From: Bacteroidota bacterium
GTDB lineage: Bacteria > Bacteroidota > Bacteroidia > Bacteroidales > GCA-2748055
Reading direction: 5' to 3'
Length of the DNA stretch: 54,138 nucleotides
Assembly: GCA_030631845.1 (NCBI GenBank)
Contig: DAOVKJ010000003.1
Location: 1 to 54,138, forward strand
Under the pieces are notes generated by a model that did not search any database, was not told the origin of the DNA, and saw only the letters and a list, made by a program, of their open reading frames with translations. Position 1 is the stretch's first letter; each line of letters begins with the position of its first letter. The position numbers were made by a program, and so were the translations under genes. Shown piece after piece: positions 10,446-20,849 of the stretch.

Positions 10446-10796
10446 ATGCATATTGATGTTGTTAAATCGAAAATACACAGGGTTACAGTCACAGAGGCTG
10501 ATCTGAACTATGTGGGTAGCATCACCATTGATGAGGATCTCATGGATGCTGCCAACCTGATTGAAAATGAGAAAGTTCAGATTGTCAATATCAACAATGG
10601 AGAGCGTCTGGAAACATATGTCATTACCGGCCAGCGGGGATCCGGGCAAATCTGTCTGAATGGCCCTGCTGCCAGGAGGGTTGCTGTTGGAGACATCATT
10701 ATTATTATCGCGTATGCTTCCATGGATTTCGAAGAGGCAAAATCATTTAAACCGGTATTGATTTTCCCCGATACCGACTCCAACAAGATAAATTGA
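10446..10796 (+). CDS. panD: Aspartate 1-decarboxylase
   Basis: [14 protein letters not shown] (self-cleavage site), NGERLETY and LNGPAAR motifs. Confidence 0.97.
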   Translation: MHIDVVKSKIHRVTVTEADLNYVGSITIDEDLMDAANLIENEKVQIVNINNGERLETYVITGQRGSGQICLNGPAARRVAVGDIIIIIAYASMDFEEAKSFKPVLIFPDTDSNKIN

Positions 10797-11830
10797 CCCC
10801 TCTTTTGAAAAAAACCATCAGTCAATTTCTAAAAATTGCCGGGTTCCTGGCATTTGGAATTCTTCTGCTCTATTTTGCCTTCAGGGGGGTGGCATTTGAT
10901 GAACTGGCCAGCACGCTTCAAAAAGTCAATTTCTGGTGGATCGGGCTCTCTCTCTTTTTTGCCGTCATCTCATTTTTCAGCAGGGCACGAAGGTGGATGC
11001 TCCTTATTGAACCTCTTGGTTATAAACCCTCTTTCAGCAATACATACCACTCCCTGATGGTTGGATACCTCTCCAATTATGTACTGCCCCGGCTGGGTGA
11101 GGTTACCAGGTGCGTCACACTGGGAAAGAGAGAGAAGATCCCTGTTGATTCGCTCATTGGGACCGTAATTATAGAGCGGGTTATCGACCTTATGATGCTG
11201 ATGCTGATCCTGCTGATTCTGTTGATCAGCTGGAAGGATAAGTTTGGTGCCTTTTTTAGTGAACAGGTATATCAACCTCTGCAACAGAAATTTATAGAAC
11301 TCTTCGGGGGCACCTGGGTCTTCTGGCTTGCAATAGTTTCAACGATCCTGGTTATTTTCCTGCTTATCTTCCTCTTTAGAAAAAAACTGGCCCGAATTAC
11401 CCTGGTTCGTAAAGTCAAAGATATTCTCATTGGAATTCTGGACGGACTGAAGACCATCTATCGAATGGAGAGAAAATGGGAGTTTGTACTTCACTCTGTA
11501 CTGATCTGGTTCCTCTATATCCTGATGACCTGGGTAGTGGTCTTCGCGCTTGAAGAGCTCTCCGGCCTTACCTTTATCGATGGTATGTTTTTGCTGGTGA
11601 TCGGGGGACTGGGTATGTCGATGCCTGTGACTGCCGGGTTTGGAGCCTACCACTGGATTACTTCAAGGGGATTGATGGTCGTTTACGGATTCTCCCTGGA
11701 GACCGGAACTGCCTATGCCATACTGGCCCATGAATCAAATTCCCTTCTTACCATAGTGTTGGGGATCATATCTTATACGGTCCTGATGCTCTCCCGAAAA
11801 AGAAACACCAACGGTAAAACCGAATCCTGA
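10793..11830 (+). CDS. Lysylphosphatidylglycerol-synthase-TM / flippase-like (UPF0104) membrane protein
   Basis: Multiple TM segments; [20 protein letters not shown] and GFGAYH motifs. The TTG start is uncertain. Confidence 0.8.
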   Translation: MTPLLKKTISQFLKIAGFLAFGILLLYFAFRGVAFDELASTLQKVNFWWIGLSLFFAVISFFSRARRWMLLIEPLGYKPSFSNTYHSLMVGYLSNYVLPRLGEVTRCVTLGKREKIPVDSLIGTVIIERVIDLMMLMLILLILLISWKDKFGAFFSEQVYQPLQQKFIELFGGTWVFWLAIVSTILVIFLLIFLFRKKLARITLVRKVKDILIGILDGLKTIYRMERKWEFVLHSVLIWFLYILMTWVVVFALEELSGLTFIDGMFLLVIGGLGMSMPVTAGFGAYHWITSRGLMVVYGFSLETGTAYAILAHESNSLLTIVLGIISYTVLMLSRKRNTNGKTES

Positions 11831-11831
11831 G

Positions 11832-12332
11832 ATGCTTACCTACGAACAGATCATTCAAAAAACCATCACCCTTGATGCAGCTGTGAAACTGTTTAACCCC
11901 ATATTCAGAAGAGAGAACAAAATGGTATTCACCAATGGTTGTTTCGACGTTCTTCACAGGGGCCATATATATTTACTCTCCAGGGCAAGGGAGCTGGGCG
12001 ACCTGTTGATTGTAGGGCTGAACAGTGATTCTTCTGTTTCAAAACTCAAGGGCCCCGGCAGGCCGGTCAACAACCAGGAGTCCAGGGCCGAGGTGCTGGG
12101 AGCGCTGGCTTTTGTGGATTACATCATTGTATTTGAGGAAGATACACCCATGGATCTGATTACCACACTTGAGCCAGATATCCTGATCAAAGGCGGCGAC
12201 TACAAATTGGAGGAAATTGTGGGATACCGGGAGGTCATTTCCCGGGGTGGCAGGGTGGAAACCATTCCTCTGCTGGAGGGATACTCAAGCAGTTCGATTA
12301 TTGACAGAAACAGCAATAAATGGCGAAAATAA
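11832..12332 (+). CDS. rfaE2: D-glycero-beta-D-manno-heptose 1-phosphate adenylyltransferase-like (standalone RfaE domain II)
   Basis: VFTNGCFDVLHRGH, GLNSDxSV..LKG..RP and KGGDY motifs. Confidence 0.88.
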   Translation: MLTYEQIIQKTITLDAAVKLFNPIFRRENKMVFTNGCFDVLHRGHIYLLSRARELGDLLIVGLNSDSSVSKLKGPGRPVNNQESRAEVLGALAFVDYIIVFEEDTPMDLITTLEPDILIKGGDYKLEEIVGYREVISRGGRVETIPLLEGYSSSSIIDRNSNKWRK

Positions 12333-13678
12333 AATCGGTATATGTGTGCCAGAATTGCGGCGTTGAATCGGCCAAATGGATCGGCCGGTGCAATGCATGC
12401 GGAGAGTGGAACACCTATGTGGAACAGAAGATTCACAAAGGTCCGGTCCGGTCGGGCATATCAGAGAGGCGCGATCAGGCAGCGCCTCAAAAACTGGATG
12501 AGGTGGCCTCTGCACCTCTCTCCCGGATCGACCTGAAAAACGGGGAATTTAACCGGGTCCTGGGGGGAGGAATTGTTCCCGGATCCGTGGTTCTGATCGG
12601 TGGTGAACCGGGAATCGGAAAATCGACCCTTGCACTGCAGGTGGCCCTGCAGATCGATAAACAGACTCTTTACGTCTCAGGTGAGGAGAGTCCACAACAG
12701 ATCAAATTAAGGGCCGACCGGCTCGGGGGTGGGAACGGGAATTGCCAGGTACTTGCTGAAACAAGTCTCCAGGCCATCATGACTCAGGTTGAACAGATCA
12801 ATCCGGAACTGCTAATCATAGACTCCATTCAAACCCTCTATTCCGAAGCCATTGAATCGGCCCCCGGAACCATTTCACAGGTTAGAGAATGTGCCGCACA
12901 GCTGCTGCGACTCTCCAAAGAGAGCCATATGCCCGTTGTGTTGATCGGCCATATTACAAAGGATGGCAGTATCGCAGGGCCCAAAGTGCTGGAGCATATC
13001 GTTGATACCGTACTCCAGTTTGAAGGCGACACACACCATCTATACAGGATTCTGCGCTCCATTAAGAACCGTTTTGGCTCCACCTCGGAGATCGGGGTGT
13101 TCGAAATGACGGGAGAGGGACTTCGCGAGATCCTGAACCCATCCGAACTGCTGATCAACCAGCAGCCTCCCGATCTGAGCGGATCGGCCATAGCTGCCAA
13201 TGTGGAGGGCATCCGCCCCATACTGATCGAGGTCCAGGCCCTTGTAAGCTCAGCAGTTTACGGAACACCTCAGCGCACCTCCACAGGATTTGATACCCGC
13301 CGTCTGAGCATGTTGCTGGCAGTACTGGAAAAACGGGCCAGTTTTAAGCTGGCCAGTAAAGATGTATACATCAATATTGCCGGCGGGCTACGGGTGGATG
13401 ACCCTGCCATTGACCTGGCTGTAGTGGCGTCCATTCTCTCCTCTACTGTCGATATTCCGATTGATCCGAACAGCTGCTTTGCAGGGGAGGTGGGACTATC
13501 GGGCGAGATTCGCCCGGTAAACCGGATTGAACAGCGTCTGGGCGAAGCAGATAAACTGGGCATGAAAAGAATCCTGATGCCCGCTTTCAACCGGAAACGG
13601 ATCGATCCGGCAAGATTTGGCCTTGATATCATCGAACTGAACAGGGTTCAGGATCTGCCCAAACACCTTTTTGGCTAA
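12320..13678 (+). CDS. radA: DNA repair protein RadA/Sms
   Basis: C4 zinc finger, Walker A GEPGIGKS, KNRFG motif and Lon-like C-terminus GEVGLSGE. Confidence 0.97.
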   Translation: MAKIKSVYVCQNCGVESAKWIGRCNACGEWNTYVEQKIHKGPVRSGISERRDQAAPQKLDEVASAPLSRIDLKNGEFNRVLGGGIVPGSVVLIGGEPGIGKSTLALQVALQIDKQTLYVSGEESPQQIKLRADRLGGGNGNCQVLAETSLQAIMTQVEQINPELLIIDSIQTLYSEAIESAPGTISQVRECAAQLLRLSKESHMPVVLIGHITKDGSIAGPKVLEHIVDTVLQFEGDTHHLYRILRSIKNRFGSTSEIGVFEMTGEGLREILNPSELLINQQPPDLSGSAIAANVEGIRPILIEVQALVSSAVYGTPQRTSTGFDTRRLSMLLAVLEKRASFKLASKDVYINIAGGLRVDDPAIDLAVVASILSSTVDIPIDPNSCFAGEVGLSGEIRPVNRIEQRLGEADKLGMKRILMPAFNRKRIDPARFGLDIIELNRVQDLPKHLFG

Positions 13679-13684
13679 GGTCGC

Positions 13685-16072
13685 CTAGAAGTCGTCATTC
13701 TCAATGCTGCCTGTGGTCTCCATAATATTGGGACAATCCATATCCACATAGAAATCCAGCGGTCTCTCAAATTCATCCTCCATGGTAATACCCAGGGTGG
13801 TGTCGGCATAAACCCGCTTCAGAAATTCAGCATATATGGGAAGTGCCATATTGGTTCCAGAGCCCATCCCCAGTTCATCAAAATGAATAGCCCGGTTCTC
13901 TCCTCCTACCCAGGCCGCAGCGGTAAGCTTCGGAGCAAGTCCAATAAACCAGCCATCACTCTGGTTCTGGGTGGTACCCGTTTTCCCGGCCAGTTCACCT
14001 TTAAATTTATATTTCCAGCGAAGCCTGTTGGAGGTCCCGGAATAGAACTCCCCCCGGTACCTGCCGGTCATATCGACCACATTCTTCAGTAGCGAAAGCA
14101 TTAAATAAGCGGTCTCCTGACTGATCGCCTCCGACTCGACAGGGTGAAAAGAGGCGATCACATTACCATACCGGTCCTCTATGCGGGTGACATAGACCGG
14201 GCTCACATAGATGCCCCGGTTGGAGAAGGTGTTAAATGCTCCCACCATCTCCTCCAGAGAGATATCAGAAGGGCCATAGATCATGCTGGGCACCGGGGCT
14301 ATGTAAGAGGTCACTCCCATTTTGCGCATAAGGTTGATGACATTTTCAGGATTGAAATTTTTAAACAGCCAGGCAGAAACCCAATTATGGGAGGTGGCCA
14401 GCCCCCATTTCAGGGAGACCATCTTTCCGGCAAAAATATTGCGGCCCGGTGCATCTGGTGTATAGGTGGAATCATTCACTACATCCTTAAATGTAATAGG
14501 AACCAGCGGAATCATTTGACAGGGCGAATAATTCTCCTGCATAGCCAACATGTATAAAAAAGGCTTTATTGTAGATCCTACCTGGCGGCGACCCTGGTAA
14601 ACATGTTCATACTGGAAATAGCGGTAGTTGTGACCCCCCACAAAAGCTTTCACAGCTCCATTGGCAGGATCCATGGCCATAAATCCGGCCCTCAGGATAT
14701 GCTTCATATACCTGATGGAATCCATGGGTGTCAACACTGTATCGATGGAACCGTTCCAGGAGAACAGTTTCATATCAACCGGCTTATTAAAGGCCATTAA
14801 AACAGAGTCCCAGGGAACACCCCTGGCTGCCATCGACCTGTAACGATCAGTCTGCCTTACAGTACGATTTAGGATCAGGTTGCTCTCCCCCCGGGATAGA
14901 TCTTCGAATGGGGCATTGGACCTTCCATCCTTTTCATAAAAAAAAGCGGGTTGAAGATAATCCTTCATCTGCGCCTCAACAGCCTCCTCGGCATATTGCT
15001 GCATTTTAAAATTCACAGTCGTATAGATCCTTAAACCATCCCGGTAAAGATCGTACTGTGTGCCATCGGGTTTGTAGTTCTTATTGATCCATCCATAAAG
15101 CTTGTCGTTGGCCCAACGCAAAGAATCCCTCCTGTACCGTTCCCAGGCCAGCACTCCGGCTCCTTTGTTCGGTGGAGTCGGGTTGGATCTGTTCATAAAT
15201 TTCGAAAGGAATGTCCTGAAATGCTTGGCATGGCCGGTCAGGTGACTGGCCAGGTTATAATCCACACTGATGGGCATCTGTTTCACCGAATCAGCCACTT
15301 CCTGGGAGAGACTCCCATACTTCACCATCTGATTTATAACCGTATTTCTGCGGGTAAAAGAGCGTTCAGGATTGATTCTTGGGTTGTAGGCCGTAGGAGC
15401 CTTTAGCATACCCACCAGGATGGCTGCCTGATCGATGGTCAGAGAATCTGGTGTGGTATTAAAAAAGGTCCTTGAAGCCGACTTGATCCCCACAATGGAT
15501 TCACCCCCGAAGGGAACCGTATTCAGATACATGGCCAATATCTCATTTTTGGAATAGCTTCTTTCAAGCCTTACCCCGGTGTTCCACTCTTTGAATTTAT
15601 TTATTACCAGGTGACCTGCCCTTCCAATTTCTGTTCGATTGATGGTCGTATCCCTGGGGAAAAGGTTTTTAGCCAGCTGTTGGGAAATGGTGCTGCCCCC
15701 TCCTTCATCCTTTCCAAGCAAGACCGATTTTATCAGAACACGTATGAGGCTGCGAAGGTCAATTCCGGAGTGCCTGTAATACCTGACATCTTCCGTGGCC
15801 ACAAGTGCATCCACAAGATGGGGAGCCAGCTCCTCATAGTTCACATAGGAGCGGTTCTCAATAAAATACTTCCCCAGTACCGCCCCATCCTCAGTAATCA
15901 GCTCGGATGCCAGGTTGGATTGTGGGTTTTCAAGACGGGCAAAATCTGGTATAAAACCGAGTTTCCCATGGCCTATTAAAACCATTATTACAGTGAACAA
16001 TAGCACCGCTAGAGTGTATAGTGTCCAGAGGATGATTAAATATTTTGTAGTTTTGCCGGGTTTATTGTCCAT
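13685..16072 (-). CDS. mrcA: Class A penicillin-binding protein (PBP1A)
   Basis: N-terminal TM anchor; transglycosylase motifs EDxRY and GGSTISQQLAKN; transpeptidase motifs STIK, SHN and KTG. Confidence 0.92.
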   Translation of the reverse strand: MDNKPGKTTKYLIILWTLYTLAVLLFTVIMVLIGHGKLGFIPDFARLENPQSNLASELITEDGAVLGKYFIENRSYVNYEELAPHLVDALVATEDVRYYRHSGIDLRSLIRVLIKSVLLGKDEGGGSTISQQLAKNLFPRDTTINRTEIGRAGHLVINKFKEWNTGVRLERSYSKNEILAMYLNTVPFGGESIVGIKSASRTFFNTTPDSLTIDQAAILVGMLKAPTAYNPRINPERSFTRRNTVINQMVKYGSLSQEVADSVKQMPISVDYNLASHLTGHAKHFRTFLSKFMNRSNPTPPNKGAGVLAWERYRRDSLRWANDKLYGWINKNYKPDGTQYDLYRDGLRIYTTVNFKMQQYAEEAVEAQMKDYLQPAFFYEKDGRSNAPFEDLSRGESNLILNRTVRQTDRYRSMAARGVPWDSVLMAFNKPVDMKLFSWNGSIDTVLTPMDSIRYMKHILRAGFMAMDPANGAVKAFVGGHNYRYFQYEHVYQGRRQVGSTIKPFLYMLAMQENYSPCQMIPLVPITFKDVVNDSTYTPDAPGRNIFAGKMVSLKWGLATSHNWVSAWLFKNFNPENVINLMRKMGVTSYIAPVPSMIYGPSDISLEEMVGAFNTFSNRGIYVSPVYVTRIEDRYGNVIASFHPVESEAISQETAYLMLSLLKNVVDMTGRYRGEFYSGTSNRLRWKYKFKGELAGKTGTTQNQSDGWFIGLAPKLTAAAWVGGENRAIHFDELGMGSGTNMALPIYAEFLKRVYADTTLGITMEDEFERPLDFYVDMDCPNIMETTGSIENDDF

Positions 16073-16091
16073 GGCCAGCTCTATTTTGGGT

Positions 16092-16099
16092 CAAAAATA
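16092..16099 (-). promoter_or_regulatory. -7 promoter box TATTTTTG for the PBP1A gene
   Basis: TAnnTTTG match 19 nt upstream of the ATG at 16072. Confidence 0.5.
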
Positions 16100-16152
16100 G
16101 TAATTAATAAGTTATTTTGTATTCAATTCGTAAACGAAGGACTCGTAAAAAA

Positions 16153-18459
16153 ATGATAAAGAATCTTGTAATAGTAGAGTCGCCTGCCAAGGCTAAAACC
16201 ATAGAACGGTTCCTTGGAGAAGCCTATACCGTCAAATCCAGTTTTGGCCATATCAGAGATCTGGCCAAGAAAAACCTGGGAATCGATGTTGAAGGAGGAT
16301 TTACCCCGCAATACATTGTTCCAGCCGACAAGAAAAAGATTGTGAGCGAACTGAAGAGCCTGGCCAAAAAGTCCGAAATGGTCTGGCTGGCCACTGATGA
16401 GGACCGTGAAGGGGAGGCCATCGCATGGCACCTTTTCGAGGAGCTGCAGCTGGAAAAGGAAAAAACCCGCAGGATCGTATTTCATGAAATTACCAAAGAC
16501 GCCATACTGAAAGCCCTTGAGAGTCCACGGTATATCGATACCCACCTGGTGAATGCCCAACAGGCAAGAAGAGTACTTGACCGGTTGGTCGGATTCGAAC
16601 TCTCCCCGCTGTTATGGAAAAAGGTAAAGCCCTCTCTTTCTGCCGGAAGGGTACAGTCGGTGGCAGTTAAACTGATTGTTGAAAAAGAGCGGGAAATACA
16701 GAAATTCAGTCCGAAAAAGTATTTTCGCGTGACCGGAAAGTTCTCCGTCCCAAATGGAAAGGGAGGGCAAATCCAACTTAAAGCTGATCTTTCAAAACGT
16801 TTCGAAAGCCTGGAAGAGGCCGAAACATTTCTTTCAAAGTGCCAGTCCAGTGAGTTCACAGTCAACACTGTTGAGAAAAAGCCTCTGAAGAAATCGCCCG
16901 CACCACCGTTTACCACCTCCACTCTTCAGCAGGAAGCCAGCCGAAAACTGGGTTTTTCAGTAAACCAGACGATGTCGGTGGCACAGCGGCTCTATGAATC
17001 GGGAAAGATCACCTATATGAGAACCGATTCGGTTAACCTCTCCAAACTGGCTATCGGAACCGCCGCAGGAAAAATTAAAGATGCCTTTGGTGAAAAATAC
17101 CTGAAAACCAGGAACTTCACCACGAAATCTAAAGGGGCCCAGGAGGCTCACGAAGCCATCAGGCCCACCTACATGGATCGATCTGCCATCGAAGGTAACA
17201 GAACAGAACAGCGGCTGTATGAATTGATCTGGAAAAGAACCCTTGCCTCGCAAATGAGTGAAGCACAGCTTGAAAAAACCACCATCTCCATCGTGGTCTC
17301 TGGTGCACCTGAACGGTTTATTGCCACAGGTGAGGTTCTGATATTTGATGGTTTCCTGAAAGTCTATATGGAATCCACTGATGATGAGCAGGAGGAGGAG
17401 GCAAAAGGGCTGCTTCCCCCTGTAAAAACTGATGATAAGCTGAACCGGGAGATTATTGAGGCCACAGAAAAAACAACCATACAACCGGTCAGGTATACAG
17501 AGGCCAGCCTGGTAAAGAAAATGGAAGAGCTGGGAATTGGCCGACCCTCCACCTATGCTCCAACCATCTCCACTGTCCAGCATAGAGAGTATGTAATAAA
17601 AGAGGATCGAAAGGGAGTTGAACGTGAAATGGTGCAGCTGGTCCTGAAAGGTGATTCTCTGTCGCAGCAGAATATCAAGGAGAAATATGGCTATGAGAAA
17701 GGAAAACTGTTCCCCACCGATATCGGAATGATTGTTAACGATTTCCTGGAGCAGAATTTTCAGAACATCATGAACTTCAATTTCACCGCTTCCGTCGAAG
17801 AGGAGTTTGATGAAATTGCCGAGGGAAACAAGGATTGGCCCAGCATGATCGAACGTTTCTACAAACCCTTTCACAACAAGGTTGATGCAGCCACTCAAAC
17901 CTCAGAACGGTCCAAAGGGGAGAAGATTCTGGGAGAAGATCCCAAATCGGGAAAACCTATTAGTGTAAAAATTGGACGTTTCGGACCCATTGCACAGATT
18001 GGGGAGGCCAGCGATGAGGAGAAGCCCAGGTTCGCCAGTCTCTTAAAAGGCCAGAGCCTGGAAACCATCACACTGGAAGAGGCACTTGAGCTTTTTAGAC
18101 TGCCCCGTACACTGGGTCAGTTTGAAGATGAGGAGCTGATTATCGGTGTTGGGAAATATGGACCGTATGTTCGACATAAATCGAAGTTTTTCAGTCTTTC
18201 AAAAACCGACGATCCCTTTGCCATTAAACAGGAACGTGCCATTGAGATCATCATAGAGAAGCGTGCCCAGGAGGAGAACAGGAATATTAAACAGTTTGAT
18301 GAAGAGCCGGGGCTGCTGATTCTCAATGGTCGTTATGGTCCCTATATCTCATTTAATAAGAAGAACTATCGGATTCCCAAAAGCAGGAAACCTGAAGAGC
18401 TGACCCTTGAGGAGTGTCGGAAAATTATTGAAAAGGCTGGCTCTCGCGTTAAAAAGTGA
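16153..18459 (+). CDS. topA: DNA topoisomerase I (type IA) with C-terminal Topo_C_Rpt repeats
   Basis: VIVESPAKAKTI, ATDEDREGE, SAGRVQ, ITYMRTD and three GR/KY/FGP repeats. ATG at 16153. Confidence 0.98.
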   Translation: MIKNLVIVESPAKAKTIERFLGEAYTVKSSFGHIRDLAKKNLGIDVEGGFTPQYIVPADKKKIVSELKSLAKKSEMVWLATDEDREGEAIAWHLFEELQLEKEKTRRIVFHEITKDAILKALESPRYIDTHLVNAQQARRVLDRLVGFELSPLLWKKVKPSLSAGRVQSVAVKLIVEKEREIQKFSPKKYFRVTGKFSVPNGKGGQIQLKADLSKRFESLEEAETFLSKCQSSEFTVNTVEKKPLKKSPAPPFTTSTLQQEASRKLGFSVNQTMSVAQRLYESGKITYMRTDSVNLSKLAIGTAAGKIKDAFGEKYLKTRNFTTKSKGAQEAHEAIRPTYMDRSAIEGNRTEQRLYELIWKRTLASQMSEAQLEKTTISIVVSGAPERFIATGEVLIFDGFLKVYMESTDDEQEEEAKGLLPPVKTDDKLNREIIEATEKTTIQPVRYTEASLVKKMEELGIGRPSTYAPTISTVQHREYVIKEDRKGVEREMVQLVLKGDSLSQQNIKEKYGYEKGKLFPTDIGMIVNDFLEQNFQNIMNFNFTASVEEEFDEIAEGNKDWPSMIERFYKPFHNKVDAATQTSERSKGEKILGEDPKSGKPISVKIGRFGPIAQIGEASDEEKPRFASLLKGQSLETITLEEALELFRLPRTLGQFEDEELIIGVGKYGPYVRHKSKFFSLSKTDDPFAIKQERAIEIIIEKRAQEENRNIKQFDEEPGLLILNGRYGPYISFNKKNYRIPKSRKPEELTLEECRKIIEKAGSRVKK

Positions 18460-18478
18460 AACTTATAAACCGCACCCC

Positions 18479-19654
18479 ATGGACCTGAATGGATATTTCG
18501 ACCCTGTTAGCCTGGAGAGGCCCGAATTCGAATACCTGGATCACAATGAATCTTTCAGCCATCATATATCGGTTCACACGCCCGACCATCCTATTCGTGA
18601 ACTGGATAAACACCAGGTTGTCCTCCTGGGTGTTCCGGTTGATAGCAACGGATTTATTAAGGGGAGTAAAGATGCACCCAACCATATTCGTAGTAAGCTG
18701 TACCAGCTCCGGAAAATAGAGAGGAATCTGAAAATCTATGATCTGGGTAATGTAAAAAACGGGGGGTCGGTAAACGACACTTATTTTGCTCTGAGGGACA
18801 TCCTGCTGGAGCTCAGAGAGCGGGAGATTACCACAATTATTTTCGGGGGATCGCAGGACCTGAGCCGTGGAGTCTTTCTTGCCCTTGAAAAACATGAGGG
18901 GCCACACCAGATTCTTACTATTGACTCCATGCTCGATTTTTCTATGAAAGAGGATCTGTTGAATTCCCGAAACTACCTGAACCAGGTTGTGAACTCTTCC
19001 GGGCTAAAACAATTTAGCCTCACCAACCTGGGGCACCAGGCATGCTTTGTCACCGAAAGCCAGCTCCAGCAGCTGGAGAAGTCGTTCCTGGAAAGCATTC
19101 GCCTGGGAGAGGCACGAAAAGAGATCAAACAGGCCGAACCTCTGATACGAGATTGCGAATTCATCGGTATAGACATGGGAGCTGTCAGACATGCGGATGC
19201 TCCAGGAGCGTCAACCCCTTCTCCCAATGGGTTTTTTGGGGATGAGCTTTGTCAGATTACCAGGTATGCCGGATTGAGTGAACAGGCCAATATACTAGGC
19301 TTTTTTGAGCTTAATCCATCATCTGATATTAACGGCCAGACGGCCCACCTGGCTGCACAGGCTGCCTGGTATTTTCTTGAGGGGCTCACTCACCGTATAC
19401 GCGAAAATCCTGTGGATACTCCCGAGCATATAAAAAAGTTTATTGTTACGCTGAACGCTGCCGGACACGACATTCTCTTTCATAAAAGCACCCTCTCTGA
19501 AAGGTGGTGGATGGAAATTCCTGTTAAGAATCCTGCCACAGGTTATAACTTTTTTGTCTCCTGCTCGTATGAAGATTACCAGCATGCCTGTAATCAAGAG
19601 ATACCGGACCGCTGGTGGCGCTTTTTGAACAGGTTGGGTAATGAAAAAGAATAA
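18479..19654 (+). CDS. Arginase/formimidoylglutamase-fold protein with degenerate metal-binding motifs
   Basis: DLGN, GGSQDL, SPNGF and ELNP motifs plus a C-terminal RWW-containing extension. Typical position between topA and the gld/por operon. Confidence 0.8.
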   Translation: MDLNGYFDPVSLERPEFEYLDHNESFSHHISVHTPDHPIRELDKHQVVLLGVPVDSNGFIKGSKDAPNHIRSKLYQLRKIERNLKIYDLGNVKNGGSVNDTYFALRDILLELREREITTIIFGGSQDLSRGVFLALEKHEGPHQILTIDSMLDFSMKEDLLNSRNYLNQVVNSSGLKQFSLTNLGHQACFVTESQLQQLEKSFLESIRLGEARKEIKQAEPLIRDCEFIGIDMGAVRHADAPGASTPSPNGFFGDELCQITRYAGLSEQANILGFFELNPSSDINGQTAHLAAQAAWYFLEGLTHRIRENPVDTPEHIKKFIVTLNAAGHDILFHKSTLSERWWMEIPVKNPATGYNFFVSCSYEDYQHACNQEIPDRWWRFLNRLGNEKE

Positions 19655-19828
19655 CCTACGTTTATCTATTATGACAGGAGGTTGAAACGATTTTGTAAAA
19701 AGAGCTGAAACCCCTGAGTTTATAAACATTCTTGTATTAATAAAATTTGTGATCTAGAACTATTTTTGCTTATTTTAACAATGCTAAAAAGCCGTAGAAA
19801 CGAAGCCCTGAATTGAGTTAACCAGACC

Positions 19829-20767
19829 ATGAAGAGATTGGTGTATATAATTGTTTTTGGAGCTGTTTCACTGAATGTCCTGTCACAGCAGGATCCGAAA
19901 TTCAGCCAGAATATGTTCCTTGCTCCGTTTTACAATCCCGGAGCAGCTGGAAGCTCAGATAAAATTTGCCTGGCAGCTGCATTTCGCAATCAGTGGACAG
20001 GGCTTCCGGATGCACCTGTTACCACTGCTTTCACAGCCAATATGCCGGTTCATTTACTGGGAAGAACTCATGGAATTGGACTAACCCTGATGAATGACAA
20101 CCTGGCATTTAACAATGATTTTCTTGTTAGTGCAGTATATGCCTTCAGGATCGACCTGGGACAGGGAAGCCTGGGAATCGGTGCCAACCTTGGGCTGGCC
20201 AACCAGGCTTTAACCCCGGACTGGAACGGTGCCGACATTATCACACCCGATACGGATGATGCCATCCCTAAAAATGGCGGAAGCATTTTCGGTTTTGATA
20301 TGGGACTTGGGGCATTTTATAATACTGATAATCTATATGTTGGCGTTTCAATCACCCATCTGAACCAGACCTCTTTTGACTATCCGGAAGATGTCGCTGA
20401 ATCAAAACTGATCAGGCACTATTACCTGATGGCAGGATACAACATCCAGCTTGCCAATCCAATGTTTGAGATTATGCCTTCACTGATGGTCCAGACCGAT
20501 GGAAGATCCAACCTGATCTATCTGAATACCAACCTTAGATACAATAAAAGGTTCTGGGGAGGAGTTTCCTATTCTGTGGGGGGTGCTTTGACAGCACTTT
20601 TTGGCATAGAAATGATGAATGGAATCAAGATCGGTTATTCATATGATTTTGAACTTTCACCACTTCTGAAATACAATAGTGGGTCTCATGAAATTACTGT
20701 TCGATATTGCTTCGATCTCAGTGTTGACAAGAGTCCCCAAAAATATAAGAGTATAAGATTTTTATAA
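19829..20767 (+). CDS. porP: T9SS outer-membrane protein, PorP/SprF family
   Basis: QQDPxFSQ..F....NP..AG, RNQW, GYSYD and GSHE motifs. Directly upstream of gldK/porK. Confidence 0.92.
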   Translation: MKRLVYIIVFGAVSLNVLSQQDPKFSQNMFLAPFYNPGAAGSSDKICLAAAFRNQWTGLPDAPVTTAFTANMPVHLLGRTHGIGLTLMNDNLAFNNDFLVSAVYAFRIDLGQGSLGIGANLGLANQALTPDWNGADIITPDTDDAIPKNGGSIFGFDMGLGAFYNTDNLYVGVSITHLNQTSFDYPEDVAESKLIRHYYLMAGYNIQLANPMFEIMPSLMVQTDGRSNLIYLNTNLRYNKRFWGGVSYSVGGALTALFGIEMMNGIKIGYSYDFELSPLLKYNSGSHEITVRYCFDLSVDKSPQKYKSIRFL

Positions 20768-20849
20768 TTATTATTTATCTATATTAGATTGTTTTTTATA
20801 AAAAAAACAGTTCGTATAAAGTTGATTTGCATCTATTAAGCGAAATGCT

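Noticed and set aside
16957-17898. 313-aa minus-strand ORF and many similar antisense ORFs (e.g. 2115-2861, 43283-43894)
   Set aside because: Fully nested opposite well-conserved genes; codon-bias shadows.
19655-19828. Repeated GAAAC words upstream of porP (possible ECF-sigma promoter)
   Set aside because: No convincingly spaced -10 element could be assigned by eye.
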